64,000 nucleotides of DNA, taken from NCBI RefSeq assembly GCF_009914755.1, contig NC_060934.1; one strand, written 5' to 3'. The notes beneath the pieces were generated by a model, which made no database searches, was not told the origin of the DNA, and saw only the letters and a list, made by a program, of their open reading frames with translations. Made by a program: the position numbers and the translations under genes. Below are positions 51,855-64,000 of the stretch, one piece after another; the first letter of the stretch is position 1; every line of letters starts with the position of its first letter. This DNA comes from the human T2T-CHM13v2.0 reference genome, Homo sapiens.

Positions 51855-54800
51855 ATTAAAACTCTTTTAAAACATGATTGCTTAATGCACAAACAAAAAC
51901 AATATTTTGTGGGGTTTATAACGTGTACAAATAAAATGTATGATGACAACAGCACAAAGTCCAGGAAGGGAGAAGTATTCTGTTGTAAGATTCTTATCTT
52001 ACGCACCAAGCAGTATAATATACTTGAAGGTAAACTGTAATAAGTTAAAAATGTATACTTTAACTCCTAAAGCAACTACTATGAAAGCAAAACTAAGAGT
52101 TATTGTTAACACATCAACAAAGAAGCTTAAGTCGAATTTTTAAGATGTTTAATGAATTCAAAAGAAGGCAGTAAATGATGGGGGAGAAAAGAAAGAATAG
52201 ATAGAATAAAGAGAAAATACATGGCAAGATGATAGATTTAAGCTCATATAAGTAATCACCCTAATTAAAAGGCAGATATTGTCAGATTGGAAAAAAAATG
52301 AAGATCCAATGATATGCCACCTATTTAAAAACTCACTTTAAATATTAAGACAAGTAAAAGTAAAAGGTTAGAAAACAGTATGCTATACTAATGCTAATCA
52401 AAAGAAATATAGGTGGGTATATTAATATCATATAATTTCAATACAAAGAATATTATCAGAAATATAGAGGATCATTTTATAATGATAAAAGGGTCAATTC
52501 ATAATGAGGACAAACTGATTCTACATATTTATTCCTCTAATACAGCACTTCAAAACATATAAATCAAAAACTAATCGAATTGCAAGAAGAAATTTTAAAA
52601 ATCTACAATTGTAGTCAGCCATTTCAATACCCCTCCCCCAATAACTAATAGAACTGTGGGTAAAAAATTAATAAGGATGTAAAAGGCTTGTACAATACTA
52701 TCAACCCAACTTGATCTAATTGACATTTATAGAACATGCCACCCAATAACAGGAAAATAAACATTCAAGTGTGCACAGAACATCCACCAAGATAGGTCAT
52801 ATTCTGGATCATAAAACAAGTCTTGATGCACATATAAGGATCCAAATCATAAAACATATACTCTGAGCACGGTAGAAATTAGAAACCACTAACTTAAAGG
52901 TATTTGGAAAATCCTTAACTATTTGGAAACTCACATACTTTTAAAAAATCATGCTGTAAAAAAGAAAAATGAAAATTTGTAAGTACCTTGAACTAAATGA
53001 TAATGAAAACACAATATATCATACTTTGAGGAATGCAGCTAAAACAGTACTTAGAAATTTATGGCACTAAAACACCTATACTAGAAAAAAAGAAAGATCT
53101 CAAATTATTTATCTCAGATTCAGCCTTAAGAAAAAAGTATAAATTAAACCCAAAATAAGCAAAACAAAAACAGAAAATAATAAAGGGCAGATATCAACGA
53201 AAGCAGAAAAATTTTTAAGTAGGAAAATAAAAAACAATTGAAACTGAAAGTTAATTTTTTGAGAAAATCCATAGAGTTAATGAACCTCTAGCCAGATTCA
53301 TAAGGAAAAAAGAGGAGGACACACATTATTGATATTAGGAACAAGAAGAGTGACAGCACTACAAATTCTGTATACACAGTAATACAGCCTTTCATTACCC
53401 AAGCTAGTTGCCTTTTGTTTTCAGGGTGGTGTACCAGATGTTAGATTTCCTGTCTTCATAAGGTGAGTCTGATTAGATCCTATAAAAAGCTGGTCCCACC
53501 CATTGTACCAGCAGAGAAGCTATTCCCTCTCTGTTTCCCTCTCTATGATTTTGTTCAGGACAATCTCCTGGCCAACTCTGAAAATATAATGAATTGTGAT
53601 ACCTAAGCCAATTATGAAAATGGCACACACCCTGTGTTTGTGAAAGTAATGCACATGTACCTCTGTGTACATTGCATTTTGTTTTGTTTTGCCATTTTCC
53701 AGATGTTCGAGGTATTTTAAAATCTTTGTTCTGCCATCCTACATATTGACCAGTATACCTGCTACATTTTAACATGGCTCATTCTCATGATGATGCTGCA
53801 AGATATTATGATCCTTAATTTACAGATAAGAAAAATGGGCTCAGAGTAATTAAATAAATTGCCCAAATCAACCAGACACAAAGCAGCACAGAAGGGATTT
53901 GAACCTAGGCCTTTCTCATACTAAACCTCATATTCTTGACAATAATTCATGCTGCCTTCCTAATAGTCCCTGTTCAGAGGCTCCCTTTCAGACTGATCCA
54001 GATTCGTTGACCAAACTTCCCTGGGTGCATTTGTTCAAGTAGCTGCAGATCTACCCATGTATAATAGCATTGCTCTACAAGAATATTGTAAGGACATTGT
54101 TAACTGACTTGCAAAAATCTAATGATAAAGTATCTATTAAATTCCCTTATATAAAATATAATGATTGTTCTATCAAGAACTTTTAAAGGAAGTAGTTTGG
54201 CATGAATTATTCTTACTGGATTCATGCTCTTCTCATTATGACCTACTTTTCTTTGGGCTGCTTTTGTTTATTTATTTATTCAGTATATATTTATAGAATA
54301 TCTACTTCACGCCACCCAACCTATTGTAGAGACAGCATTGAACAAGACAGCACCACACTTCCTCCCTTCAAGCTTATAGTCTAGAATATTTACACTACTC
54401 CTGTTTAATCATTGTTTCAAAAAGTTTCAAAAATCAGCATCAAGTTCATTGACTTGTGGCTTCCAGAATTCACTTCCCTACTTCCAGCTGATCTGGGGCA
54501 CTCACTGAGACCTACCTGTTCAAGACGTATTTCTACTCTCTGATTATATTCAGGGTGATCTCTTGCCTAGCTCTGAGAAAAGAATGAATCAAGGTATCTA
54601 AGCCAATTATGATAATCTTGTTCCCTAATACTGCAACTATCCTTCTAGCCAAGATGGTCACATGACCCAGTTCTGGGCAATGTGAACTGAGAGCAAGGCA
54701 AACTGAGGGTTCCTGAAGTTTTTCTTTCCTAGTAAAAGAGGACACAGCTGGCACCGCTTCCTTTTCCGTTTTGTTCCCATTTGCTACGTAATTCAATATC

Positions 54801-55300
54801 CAAACCCAACACCACGAATCACACACCTCTGGATTTTGCCAAACCTCTACCTGTGTAAGCCATTACAATGTTGTCTTCTGTTACTCTCGGGTAACATTCC
54901 TGATTGTCACCATGTAGGTTCATTTTAATGAAATGGGCAGCTTAGACCCCTACTGCAACACATCCCAAGCCCAGTTTATTTAAACAATTAATCAAAAACT
55001 TTTTTACTGCCTACCTATACTCTGTAAGGAGGATACACTCTAGTCCCTGTTTTTAGAAATTCAAGATTTCATTGGATAAAATAAAATATGCACAATTAAA
55101 TAGCTGCAAATAAATAAATATATTTCTAATCATATTTGAGCCTGGATCTCATTGCCAGAATGACTCAAACATTCTAAAAAAATAATAAAAGAGAGAGAAA
55201 ATATCCAGAAATAGTCCCTACCAGTGTATCGCATGCTGAGGGGTGGCAGTGAAGGTGACCTTAGATTCTGCCTTTAAGAAAGGGTCTTTCACAGGGTCTA

Positions 55301-55527
55301 GAGATCAAGACCATCCTAGTCAACATGGTGGAACCCCGTCTCTACTAAAAATACAAAAAATTAGCTGGGCTTGGTGGCGTGTGCCTGTAATACCAGCTGC
55401 TCGGGAGGCTGAGGCAAGAGAATCACTTGAACCCAGGAGCCAGAGAGTGAGCCAAGATTGTGCCACTGCACCCCAGCCTGGGCAACAGAGTGAGACTCCA
55501 TCTTAAAAAAAAAAAAAAAAGAAAAGA
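55301..55527 (+). mobile_element. 5'-truncated Alu
   Basis: Begins GAGATCAAGACCATCC; TSD AAGAAAGGGTCTT at 55276-55288 and 55528-55540. Confidence 0.9.
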
Positions 55528-57189
55528 AAGAAAGGGTCTTAGGCCAGAAGAGAAAGAAACCCCTCTGACTTACTTTTACCACATTTATGGCATAATAAGG
55601 ACTTCATTTTGACTGAAACCTGCTTCATCAGGAAACAATCAATAGACTCAGCTTTAAATAAGAGACGTTAGAGGATGACTGGAATAGCATAGTGCTGGCT
55701 GGAAATGTCTATAACGGCACCCCACACTTGGACTGCTAATTGCATTACCCATCACATATATATTGGTTTATGAAATCATACTTCAGAACTGAATAATTCA
55801 GAGAAGCAAATAATGAATATTCTTCCTTCTTTTAGAGAAGGCAGAATCTTCCAAAATGCTACACCAAGAAAAGTGGGCCCACACGACAGACACAGACAAC
55901 TATTTCCTTAGTCCCAAGCGATTGCTCCCAAGCTAAAATATTTGTGATATTTCTTCTTACATACACACTTGCTTCCAAGTCTTAAAGAAGACTGAACTGT
56001 GGCCAAACATCACGGCTTATAATAATGTAAACTTCCTGGGCTCAAGCATAAGGCATGCTGGGACCTCATTCTAGGAGGGAGAGTGAGGAGGGCAGAGCCA
56101 ATCAGACGGGAAGACAAGCACATTTTCCTGGACACTGAAGTTAGTTATAACAAGACATAGTGTTCAAAGAATGCACCAAGTCCAGGTCCAACTCGGACAG
56201 CCTAGAATGGAAAGTGTCTTTGTGATGAGGCAGGTTAGAGCAGCAGTCTCTCAAGATGGTCATCAAATACACTGGAGCCAGGCAGTAAGCAGCCAGGCTT
56301 CTGGGAGATCTCTCTTGCCATCTCCCACCAGATAGGGTACATGACAAGGTTCAACTCCCCAGGAAGAAAGCACGGTGGGAACTAGGTAGTATTTCACGCT
56401 TCTAGCCACTAGCTGTGCCACTGGGCAGGGCACCAATTCTAGAGGGAAACTGGGGCCCTGCATGGGATAACTAGCAGAGCAGTGTAGTTAAGAAATTAGC
56501 TTGAATGTCTCTTAATTTTTAACTACTGTTTGCTTGTTCTTAGGGAATAAAAGGTATTTTTCCTTTCTCCCAGGAGCATAGCCAGGCTCTGTGGTTTAAA
56601 TCCTGAGGTTTCCTAAGACCTGAAAGTAGGCTAAGTAATTGCAACTAACTGCCTTTTTGTGATCAAAAGCAAAAAAATGAGAAGCTGCTCAACTGGGGCT
56701 GGTATCCAAGAAGACAAATTCTAAATGGGCCTTTGTTTTCTCATGGACTCAAGCTGGATTGTGGGAGGAGAGATTGTCCAAGAAAAGAGTGGAGGCCAGA
56801 ATGGCTCGGCATTGAGAAGGGACAGGACTCAGGGGTCTGATGGTGGCTCAGCTCTGAGATCCTTCAGATGCAGAACCTTGGAGGTGGCAGGGCTTCAAAA
56901 AAGGGTGAAGATGGGGGGACTGTGAAGAATGACAGTCCAGCACCTTAGAAACCGCAGCGAAGGTCCCAGTGGTGGAGTATGTCATGAAAGGAATGGAACT
57001 TTGAGTACCACGCAGAGCCCAGGCAAGGTGCAATGAGGAAGGGGACCAGCCTGAGCCGACCCAGGGCCTCTGCTTGGCTTCCGCACAACACAAGCAACAG
57101 GGTAAGGGGTAGGAGGGTGGAATGCCCCAAATTATCACTATTGGCCTTCAAGAGAACTTTGACATAAGCTATTTAAAGACAGAGTAATA

Positions 57190-57760
57190 CAGTATTCATT
57201 CGTTTATCCATTCATTCATAACACACTGACTGAGAGCCTTTTTTGCAGCAGGCATCCTGCTAAGTGCTGAAGACACAGGGATGAAGAAGGTACACACAGA
57301 TCCTACCCTTGTGGAATTCATGGTCTAATGGCATATGGTATGTAGGGATGGAGACAGTAGGAAGAAAGATAAACAAACTTAAAATCACAATGAAATTTTT
57401 TTAAGTGCAATAAAGAATCCAAACAGCATCTGTCCCAGAGAAGAACAGAGGTGGCCGATATTGGATAAGGTGGTCAGGGAGGACTTCTAAAAGGGGAGAG
57501 CAGCTACACTGAGGCCAGGGTGTGAGCAGGGCCTGGCCAAGACAGGAGCCCAGAGCAGACCTCTCCAAGAAGAGGGAAGAGCACAGGCCAAAGCCCAGAG
57601 GGAGGGCAGAACTTGGCAGAGAGTGAGAACTGAACCAAGGCCAGTGTGGCTGGAGTGGGTAAGTGGGAAAATGGCAGAGGAAGGAATTGGGAACACAGGC
57701 CGACCAGGTCTTTTTAAGCCATAGTAAAAAGTTTGGAAAATTCAAAATAAAATTCTGACA
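57190..57760 (-). mobile_element. L2 fragment
   Basis: attcattc...ctgactgagagc...tggaattcatggtctaatgg...ggtggtcagggagg L2 3' signature. Confidence 0.65.
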
Positions 57761-58983
57761 TGTGTCATAAATGTCATGGAGGTATGTGAATACCCTTTAC
57801 CTTGTAAGATTAGAGAAGGGTGAATCAAAATAGAAGCCCATGTCTATGGACTTGGTCAACCAGGAAGAGAAGAAGTGGGCAATGATTCAGGAGCTATGTT
57901 GTATGCAGGGGCCTGCCCGCCTGGGTTAAATTGGCCGCAGAGAATCTAGGTAAGGAAGAAAGTAAGTAGGTTTTGTTAGCTACCCTTTATTGAGCAATTT
58001 CTATGTGCCAAGCACTATTCTAAGTACTTTAGAGGCATTTTCTCAAATAATCACCTGTGTCAGTCATGGCGCCATCAGAAAAACGAACCCCTTCCAGACA
58101 GCTTGCTAGTGAGACTTTAATACAGAAAACTACTTAGAAAGGTCTTGGAAGAGCAGAGAAGACAAAAGTAGAAGGGTGAGGCCCAGAGATCAGCAGCAAC
58201 ACGAGATCACTACCCTCCCTCAGGCTGGAGTGGCAAAGACAGGTGTTGACAGAGCCAAGAGCCATCTCCTCATAGGCTACAACTGGGACCAAGGAGGGGG
58301 TCCTGACCAGGAGGAGCCAAAACCATGGAGCCACTGCCACTGGAGGTGCCACGTGAGAAACAGGGAGATACCATGACTTTTATCCTCTCTCTGCCAACTG
58401 GGGCTGACCCAAGCTTCAAGGAAGCCTGAGGAATAAGTTTGCAAGGAGGCATTGTCCTAAGATCTAGAGTAGAGCAGGGAAGGATGGGGAATAGATCCAA
58501 GGGCAAACAGGCAGATGATGGGCCCGTCCTCTCAATAGCCCCATGGGTTAGAAACTATTATTACTCCCATTTTTCAGATGGGGAAACTGAGGCACCAGGA
58601 GAGGTCAGAATCTGTAAAGTGGCAGAAACACACTTTGAATTCAGCGTCTACCTGATACTAAAGCCCAAACATACAAGGGATATATTATTCAGCTAGCCTA
58701 GGCAAGAACATGGTAGTTAGAGCTGCGCTAGCAGATCCCAGGTCTGAAAACATTATGATAATTGTTTTTAGGATTTGCTTTGGAACTGGCTCTAGTTTTT
58801 TGGTCGTCCTCATCTCAGGGCTAGGCTGCGAAGATCTTATGCTTGAAAAACATACTTCTTGCAGATACTTTTGGGACAAAAGAGGAAATGCTATTCCTTT
58901 GAGCTTGGATCCTCACAAAATTTGTCCTAAATTTTTGAAACTCATATGAACCCTTAAAGTTACTTTGTTCTAGGGAGAGTGAC

Positions 58984-59300
58984 TATATCAGTCAGAATGC
59001 GCTAGATTATAATACAGTAACAAACGTCTTAGTCTTGAAACAACAGAGTTTGTTTCTTGCCTATGCTACATGTCAACAGCAGGTTATCCTGGGACTCTGC
59101 TCATAATGGTCACTGAGGGACCCAGGCTGAGGAAGGTTCCATGTTGATACATGCCTTCGTGTTTGCCAAGGCTGGAAAAGAGAGTGTAGTAAGCTGTACA
59201 CTGGCTCTTAATCCGCTTTGTTGGGTAAAGAAGTGTAATCCTACCATGTGTCCCGGATAACTAAACATTTGTGAACAGCTCTAATGACAATCGAACCACA
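58984..59300. mobile_element. MLT1-type MaLR LTR remnant
   Basis: tatatcagtcagaatg...cagtaacaaac...gggacccaggctga, similar to MLT1J/K/L from memory. Confidence 0.5.
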
Positions 59301-59959
59301 TTTATGACACTTCTGGTTGGACTGAGATAAACCAAAGGTCGTAATGTAGAATGAAGAGACTTAGGTGCTTCTAACAAGACAGGCTACACTATATAACATT
59401 TTAAAAGGTTGTCTTTGCTGTGCTTAAAATTGCATCTCTGCGGACACTATGTCTTTCAGGAAAACCTTTTGTTCCTAAGTATTGCTTAAGAACATTTCCC
59501 TAAAAATCACCATTGGTTCTTAAAAGATACTGTCCAAGATGGTTTGTGGAGCTGAGATACTGGCTGGAATGATATGAAAATAAAGCGTCTTGTCTTCTGG
59601 AAAAGAGATCCTAAGGTGGACTAGATTTTATCATGGACAAACCCAGACTCATTCCAAGCTTTCTACTGTTGTATAACCTGACGGCAGATTATTGGGTAGG
59701 GATGGCTTGCTGAGCAAGTCCCAGCTCTGGGTGTAAAGAGCCAGGCAGTCTCTCCGCTTTCACAACCTTGTGCTCTCCTGCATTTCTTTCTACCCCCCTA
59801 GATGTTTTCTCTTGGCATGTTTTGCTGGCTCAAGTCCTTCCTTCATTCTCACTTCATACCATCTCCTCAGCAGGCCAAGAACCTGGAAGTTCTTGACTTT
59901 TTCCTGCATCCAATAGAACATTAACTCTTAAACAATTTTACCTTTTAAATAGCTTTAAA

Positions 59960-60760
59960 CCCATCACCCCCTTATCTCCCTCTCCACCTGCACTATCCTA
60001 ATCCAAAATATCACCATCTTCACTGGGGGGCATAATGACTCACTGCCTGGATGCCCCACATCTACTTCTGCACTGGCTACCCATCCAGACATCCCATACA
60101 CATCAGCCAGACCGAGCATTTGAAAATGCAGCGTGCCAAATGCACCATGCCAAATACCCCCATACACATCAGCCAGCCTAAACATTTGAAAATGCATCAT
60201 GCCAAAATGCACCATGCCAAATACCCCCATCGCTCTCCCTTGTCACCATCCCAACTGACTAAAATCCTTCCATATATTCCTTACAGATTTTAGAACAAAA
60301 ACTAAAGCCTGTAACATGTGTTAAATACCTAGCTCAGTCCGCCCTTGCTAATCTCACCACCCCCCATCTCCGTCCACGTACTCTTTCGCTCTCTGACTCC
60401 AGCCACCCTGGCTTTCTTTCACTTCCCCACGAAAGCCAGGCTCTGCCCTTCCCTGGCATTTGCTCTGCCTGCAGTGGTCCCTGCCACATCTCTTCTCTGA
60501 CTCATACTTCATAACACAGCTCAAGTCTCACCGCCTCATGAAAATTTTTGTGGACCCTTCAGACTAAGGCAGGCCCCTTTCTTAAGTTTCTTCCCCATGG
60601 GAATGACCATAATTATAACTAAATACTTAATTGTAGAATTAATCATTTAATATCTGCCCCTCTCTCTCTCTTAAATGGCATTCTTGACTTTTCCCCTACA
60701 TTCCTAGTACCTGACGGTACCTTGCTAAAGCAGATGCTCAATATCTATTTGTTGAATGTC
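59960..60760 (+). mobile_element. L2 fragment containing a 66-bp tandem duplication (60092-60230)
   Basis: L2 tail ...cagatgctcaatatctatttgttgaatg; catacacatcagccag... occurs at 60095 and 60161. Confidence 0.65.
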
Positions 60761-62448
60761 TAAGTACAAGACATGATTAGCTACTTATGAAAGGACAGGG
60801 TGCATGGCTGTTATAACTATCAAGAGTCCTGAACAAGGATAGCCTTAGGAATAGAAACATTCAAGGAGCGATGTGGGAACCACAGAGTTTGGGGGCTTGT
60901 GACTTTGTAGCTCTTAGAGCAGGCATGCATCTAAGGTAGACAGCAGAGTTCCCATCTTCTCTCCCTCACCCCACTCCCTGGGTCAGAGTAGAGAAAACAT
61001 GTGACTACAAGGAAAACTAGGGGCCCTGATCTCCAGTGTAGGGGGTGGTCTACACAGAACAGAATGCCACAATCTAGAACAAGGCCAAGCAGAGCCTGGG
61101 AGGAAACACACACATGCCCAATACTCTTGAAAGAAGGAATTTGAAAAGGCTTGAAAGGGAAAAACTAGGCATGGCTAGAGACTTATTTTTATTGTTTCTC
61201 CCTCAGAATCAGTCTTTGTCAATAGGAAAGAATTTTCATGAAGAGGAGAAGCTGAACTACTTTGCAATTAGATTATTCTTTTTCTAATGAGTTCAAAGTA
61301 AGGTAGAACCTCACTCATTAAGTATAATCGGAAGGAAGATCAATCTAAGTTCAACTAAGGCTAATTTTTAGAATACTTCTAAAGAAATTTAGAATTTTTA
61401 GAACACTTCTAAAGAAATTTGACATATAAAAGCTCAAATATTTTCCTTTGGAAAATTTATTCTCTTGGGTGTTCTAAACATACTCTGTGTAACTGTCTTT
61501 GGCTTTTAACTTACAGATTTCCCAAAAGAAAAGGCCTCCAAAGTAAAGAGTGTTATGAACCTAGTTTCCAATTATCTGAATTACCTTATATAAAGCAAAA
61601 CCTAAGTAAGCATAGCAGGATTGGTTATGGTTTTAACCACATCTTTTCTAACTAGCAGTCATCATCATCTTACTCCATACAATATTTGATGTTTATTACA
61701 AGGATGATCTCCAAAATGCAAGTGAGATATTAGAGAATAGGCTTTTCATAATCCAGGATCACAAGGTGCAATTTCTTCTTCTAGCCCCATTTTGTTTTAC
61801 TACTGGTTGGATGGATCACAGAGACCAACACTTCCCTCACCCCATTCCTTTTGCACATCTGATTCTGCTTACAAGGTAACAAAACACCTTCCCCCTTTAT
61901 CAATCACATCATAGTTATTTTTCCAGAGGCTCTCACTTCTGGGCCTACTTCACCTCCATAAAGCATTGGAACATATGTAAATTAAGCACACATACATAAA
62001 TTGTAGAATTCCTAGTAACTGCTATAGGTAATCAATGGGTTAAATAAATCAAGATCAATAATGTTGGTTTTTCTCTAGCTTATTTATAAGTGATGTTTTT
62101 AGAGAATAGTTCATTTAAATTTCTAGGTCACCTGCTCATTAACTGTTGAATAAATATAATCTAGGTAAAGAATGAATTATATCTAAAGCTCCATCAATTG
62201 ATCAAATCCTAAATGAATGAAATTTTAACCTCCCAGAGATAAAGTTTCATTGACTTTAAGCTCCACAATGTTGTGGCATGCCTTAGGTAAACAGTCTGAA
62301 TTTTTTTGATTGTGCTAATAGTTACAAAAATAAAATTGCTTACTTGGTTAGTAAACTTATTTTATAAGCCATAGTGACTCTTAGCCAAATTCTAATTAAG
62401 CAAAGCAGTTAACTTGCTCTCCTCTGTATGTGACCTGGTAAGGCATTC

Positions 62449-62857
62449 TTTTTTTTTTTTTTTTTTCAGTAGTGCATATACTGATTTATTTTTTATTTAT
62501 TTTTTTATTATACTTTAAGTTTTAGGGTACATGTGCACATTGTGCAGGTTAGTTACATATGTATACATGTGCCATGCTGGTGCGCTGCACCCACTAACTC
62601 ATCATCTAGCATTAGGTATATCTCCCAATGCTATCCCTCCACCCTCCCCCCACCCCACAACAGTCCCCAGAGTGTGATATTCCCCTTCCTGTGTCCATGT
62701 GATCTCATTGTTCAATTCCCACCTATGAGTGAGAATATGCGGTGTTTGGTTTTTTGTTCTTGCGATAGTTTACTGAGAATGATGATTTCCAATTTCATCC
62801 ATGTCCCTACAAAGGACATGAACTCATCCTTTTTTATGGCTGCATAGTATTCCATGG
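62449..62857 (-). mobile_element. Young 5'-truncated L1 (L1PA2-like) with two A tails
   Basis: Near-consensus L1HS/PA2 3'UTR with the GAG diagnostic (GATGAtGAGTTAGTGGG), not Ta ACA; TSD GGCATTCTT at 62442-62450 and 62856-62864. Confidence 0.92.
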
Positions 62858-63049
62858 CATTCTTATTCACAAAAACAGAGGTGGCATGTATAGGAATCCT
62901 ACTATTAATTGGGATGTACTTCAAGATTACAACATGGCTGCCATTTACACATGTCAAAATCATAATTATTGTGAACCATTAATTACAAATCACAAAATTA
63001 CACTGTCCACAATTGTGAAGGGTCTTGGAATGTTTAAAGTAAACTCAAT

Positions 63050-63195
63050 TTATGGTTTTTATCTCTCTGTGCCTCATTTTCCTTATCCATGAAACAAAGC
63101 TAATAATAGTACCTACTTTATAGTACTAAAAGGATTAAGAGTTAAAATATGTAAGGCACTGAGACAACACCTGGCACAGAGTGGGTACTAGGTAA
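63050..63195 (+). mobile_element. MIR
   Basis: tctctctgtgcctcattttccttatccatgaaac...taataatagtacctac. Confidence 0.65.
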
Positions 63196-63589
63196 TGTTT
63201 GCAGTTCCTAGGAAAATGTCCAGTCCCCTCAAAGTCTGAAGGTTCCATTGGATCCAGATATCAGTCCCACTTGCTTTCACAGATCATAGCTGGTAAAAGG
63301 TGTATTTCAGAATCACAGCGTTCTCCAGATTCAACTTCAGCATGTTTTTCGTTTCCAGGTATAAACGTGCATAGTTTTCCTTTAACAACTATACTACTGA
63401 TTGAGTCAGTAAAGTCTTTAAAGCAGTAGTTCCTCACTTTTTGGCATCTGGGAACAGTTCGATTATCTGATGAAACTCCAGGCTCTTTCCCAGAAAAAAA
63501 GTACATGTAAAAAATTACATTCCATTTCAGCAGTTTCATAACCTCCCTCCAAGGTCATCCATGGACCCCAGATTAAGAATCAGTGTTTG

Positions 63590-63908
63590 CAGTACAGCTA
63601 TTATGGAAAACAGTATGGGGTGGTTCCTCAAAAAATTTAAAATAGAGCTACTATATGATTCAGCAAGCCCACTTCTGGATGCATATCCAAACGAATTGAA
63701 ATTGCTGTATTAAAGAGAGATTTGTACTCCCATGTTCATTGCAGCATTATTCACAATAGCCAAGATATTAAAGCAACCTATGTGTCCGTTGATGGAAGAG
63801 TGGGTAAAGAAAGTATGGTGTATATACACAACGGACTACTCTTCAGCCTTGAAAAAAGAAGAAAATCCTGTCATTTGCAATGACATGGATAAACCTAGAG
63901 GACATTAT
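63590..63908 (+). mobile_element. L1MA/L1PB ORF2-3' fragment, interrupted by an Alu
   Basis: ORF 63732..63950 [11 protein letters not shown]...W resembles the L1 ORF2 C-terminus. Confidence 0.8.
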
Positions 63909-64000
63909 TTTTATTTTGTTGTTGTTGTTTTGTTTTTTTTTTTGTTTTGAGACGGAGTCTTGCTCTGTCGCCAGGCTGGAGTGCAGTGGCACCATCTCGG
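63909..64000 (-). mobile_element. Alu (tail end; runs off the window)
   Basis: (GTT)n/T tail then GAGACGGAGTCTTGCTCTGTCGCCAGGCTGGAGTGCAGTGG. Confidence 0.92.

Overview
This is human (primate) genomic DNA containing the complete GPAM gene (mitochondrial glycerol-3-phosphate acyltransferase 1, GPAT1) on the minus strand. I reconstructed the gene by hand. It has a CpG-rich promoter and non-coding exon 1 at ~48.7-48.9 kb, a non-coding exon 2, and 20 coding exons (ATG 46807, TAG 18571-18573) that splice with consistent phases to 2487 nt (828 aa + stop). The ~3.7 kb 3'UTR ends near 14.88 kb. The haplotype encodes Val43 and Gly131. The flanks (1-14.8 kb and 49-64 kb) are non-coding and rich in repeats (Alu, L1, L2, MIR, LTRs, DNA transposons). 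I found no convincing new protein-coding gene and no wholly new biological system. The most interesting signals are RNA-processing features of GPAM: a GC-AG intron, exon junctions that rebuild strong 5' splice sites, a uORF cluster, intronic and proximal poly(A) options, and inverted Alus around an in-frame exon block that could form a stop-free circRNA. Also notable are a young L1PA2-like insertion with an apparent 3' transduction and two co-oriented CTCF motifs downstream of the gene. Repeat subfamily calls and all database-related statements come from memory and need computational confirmation.
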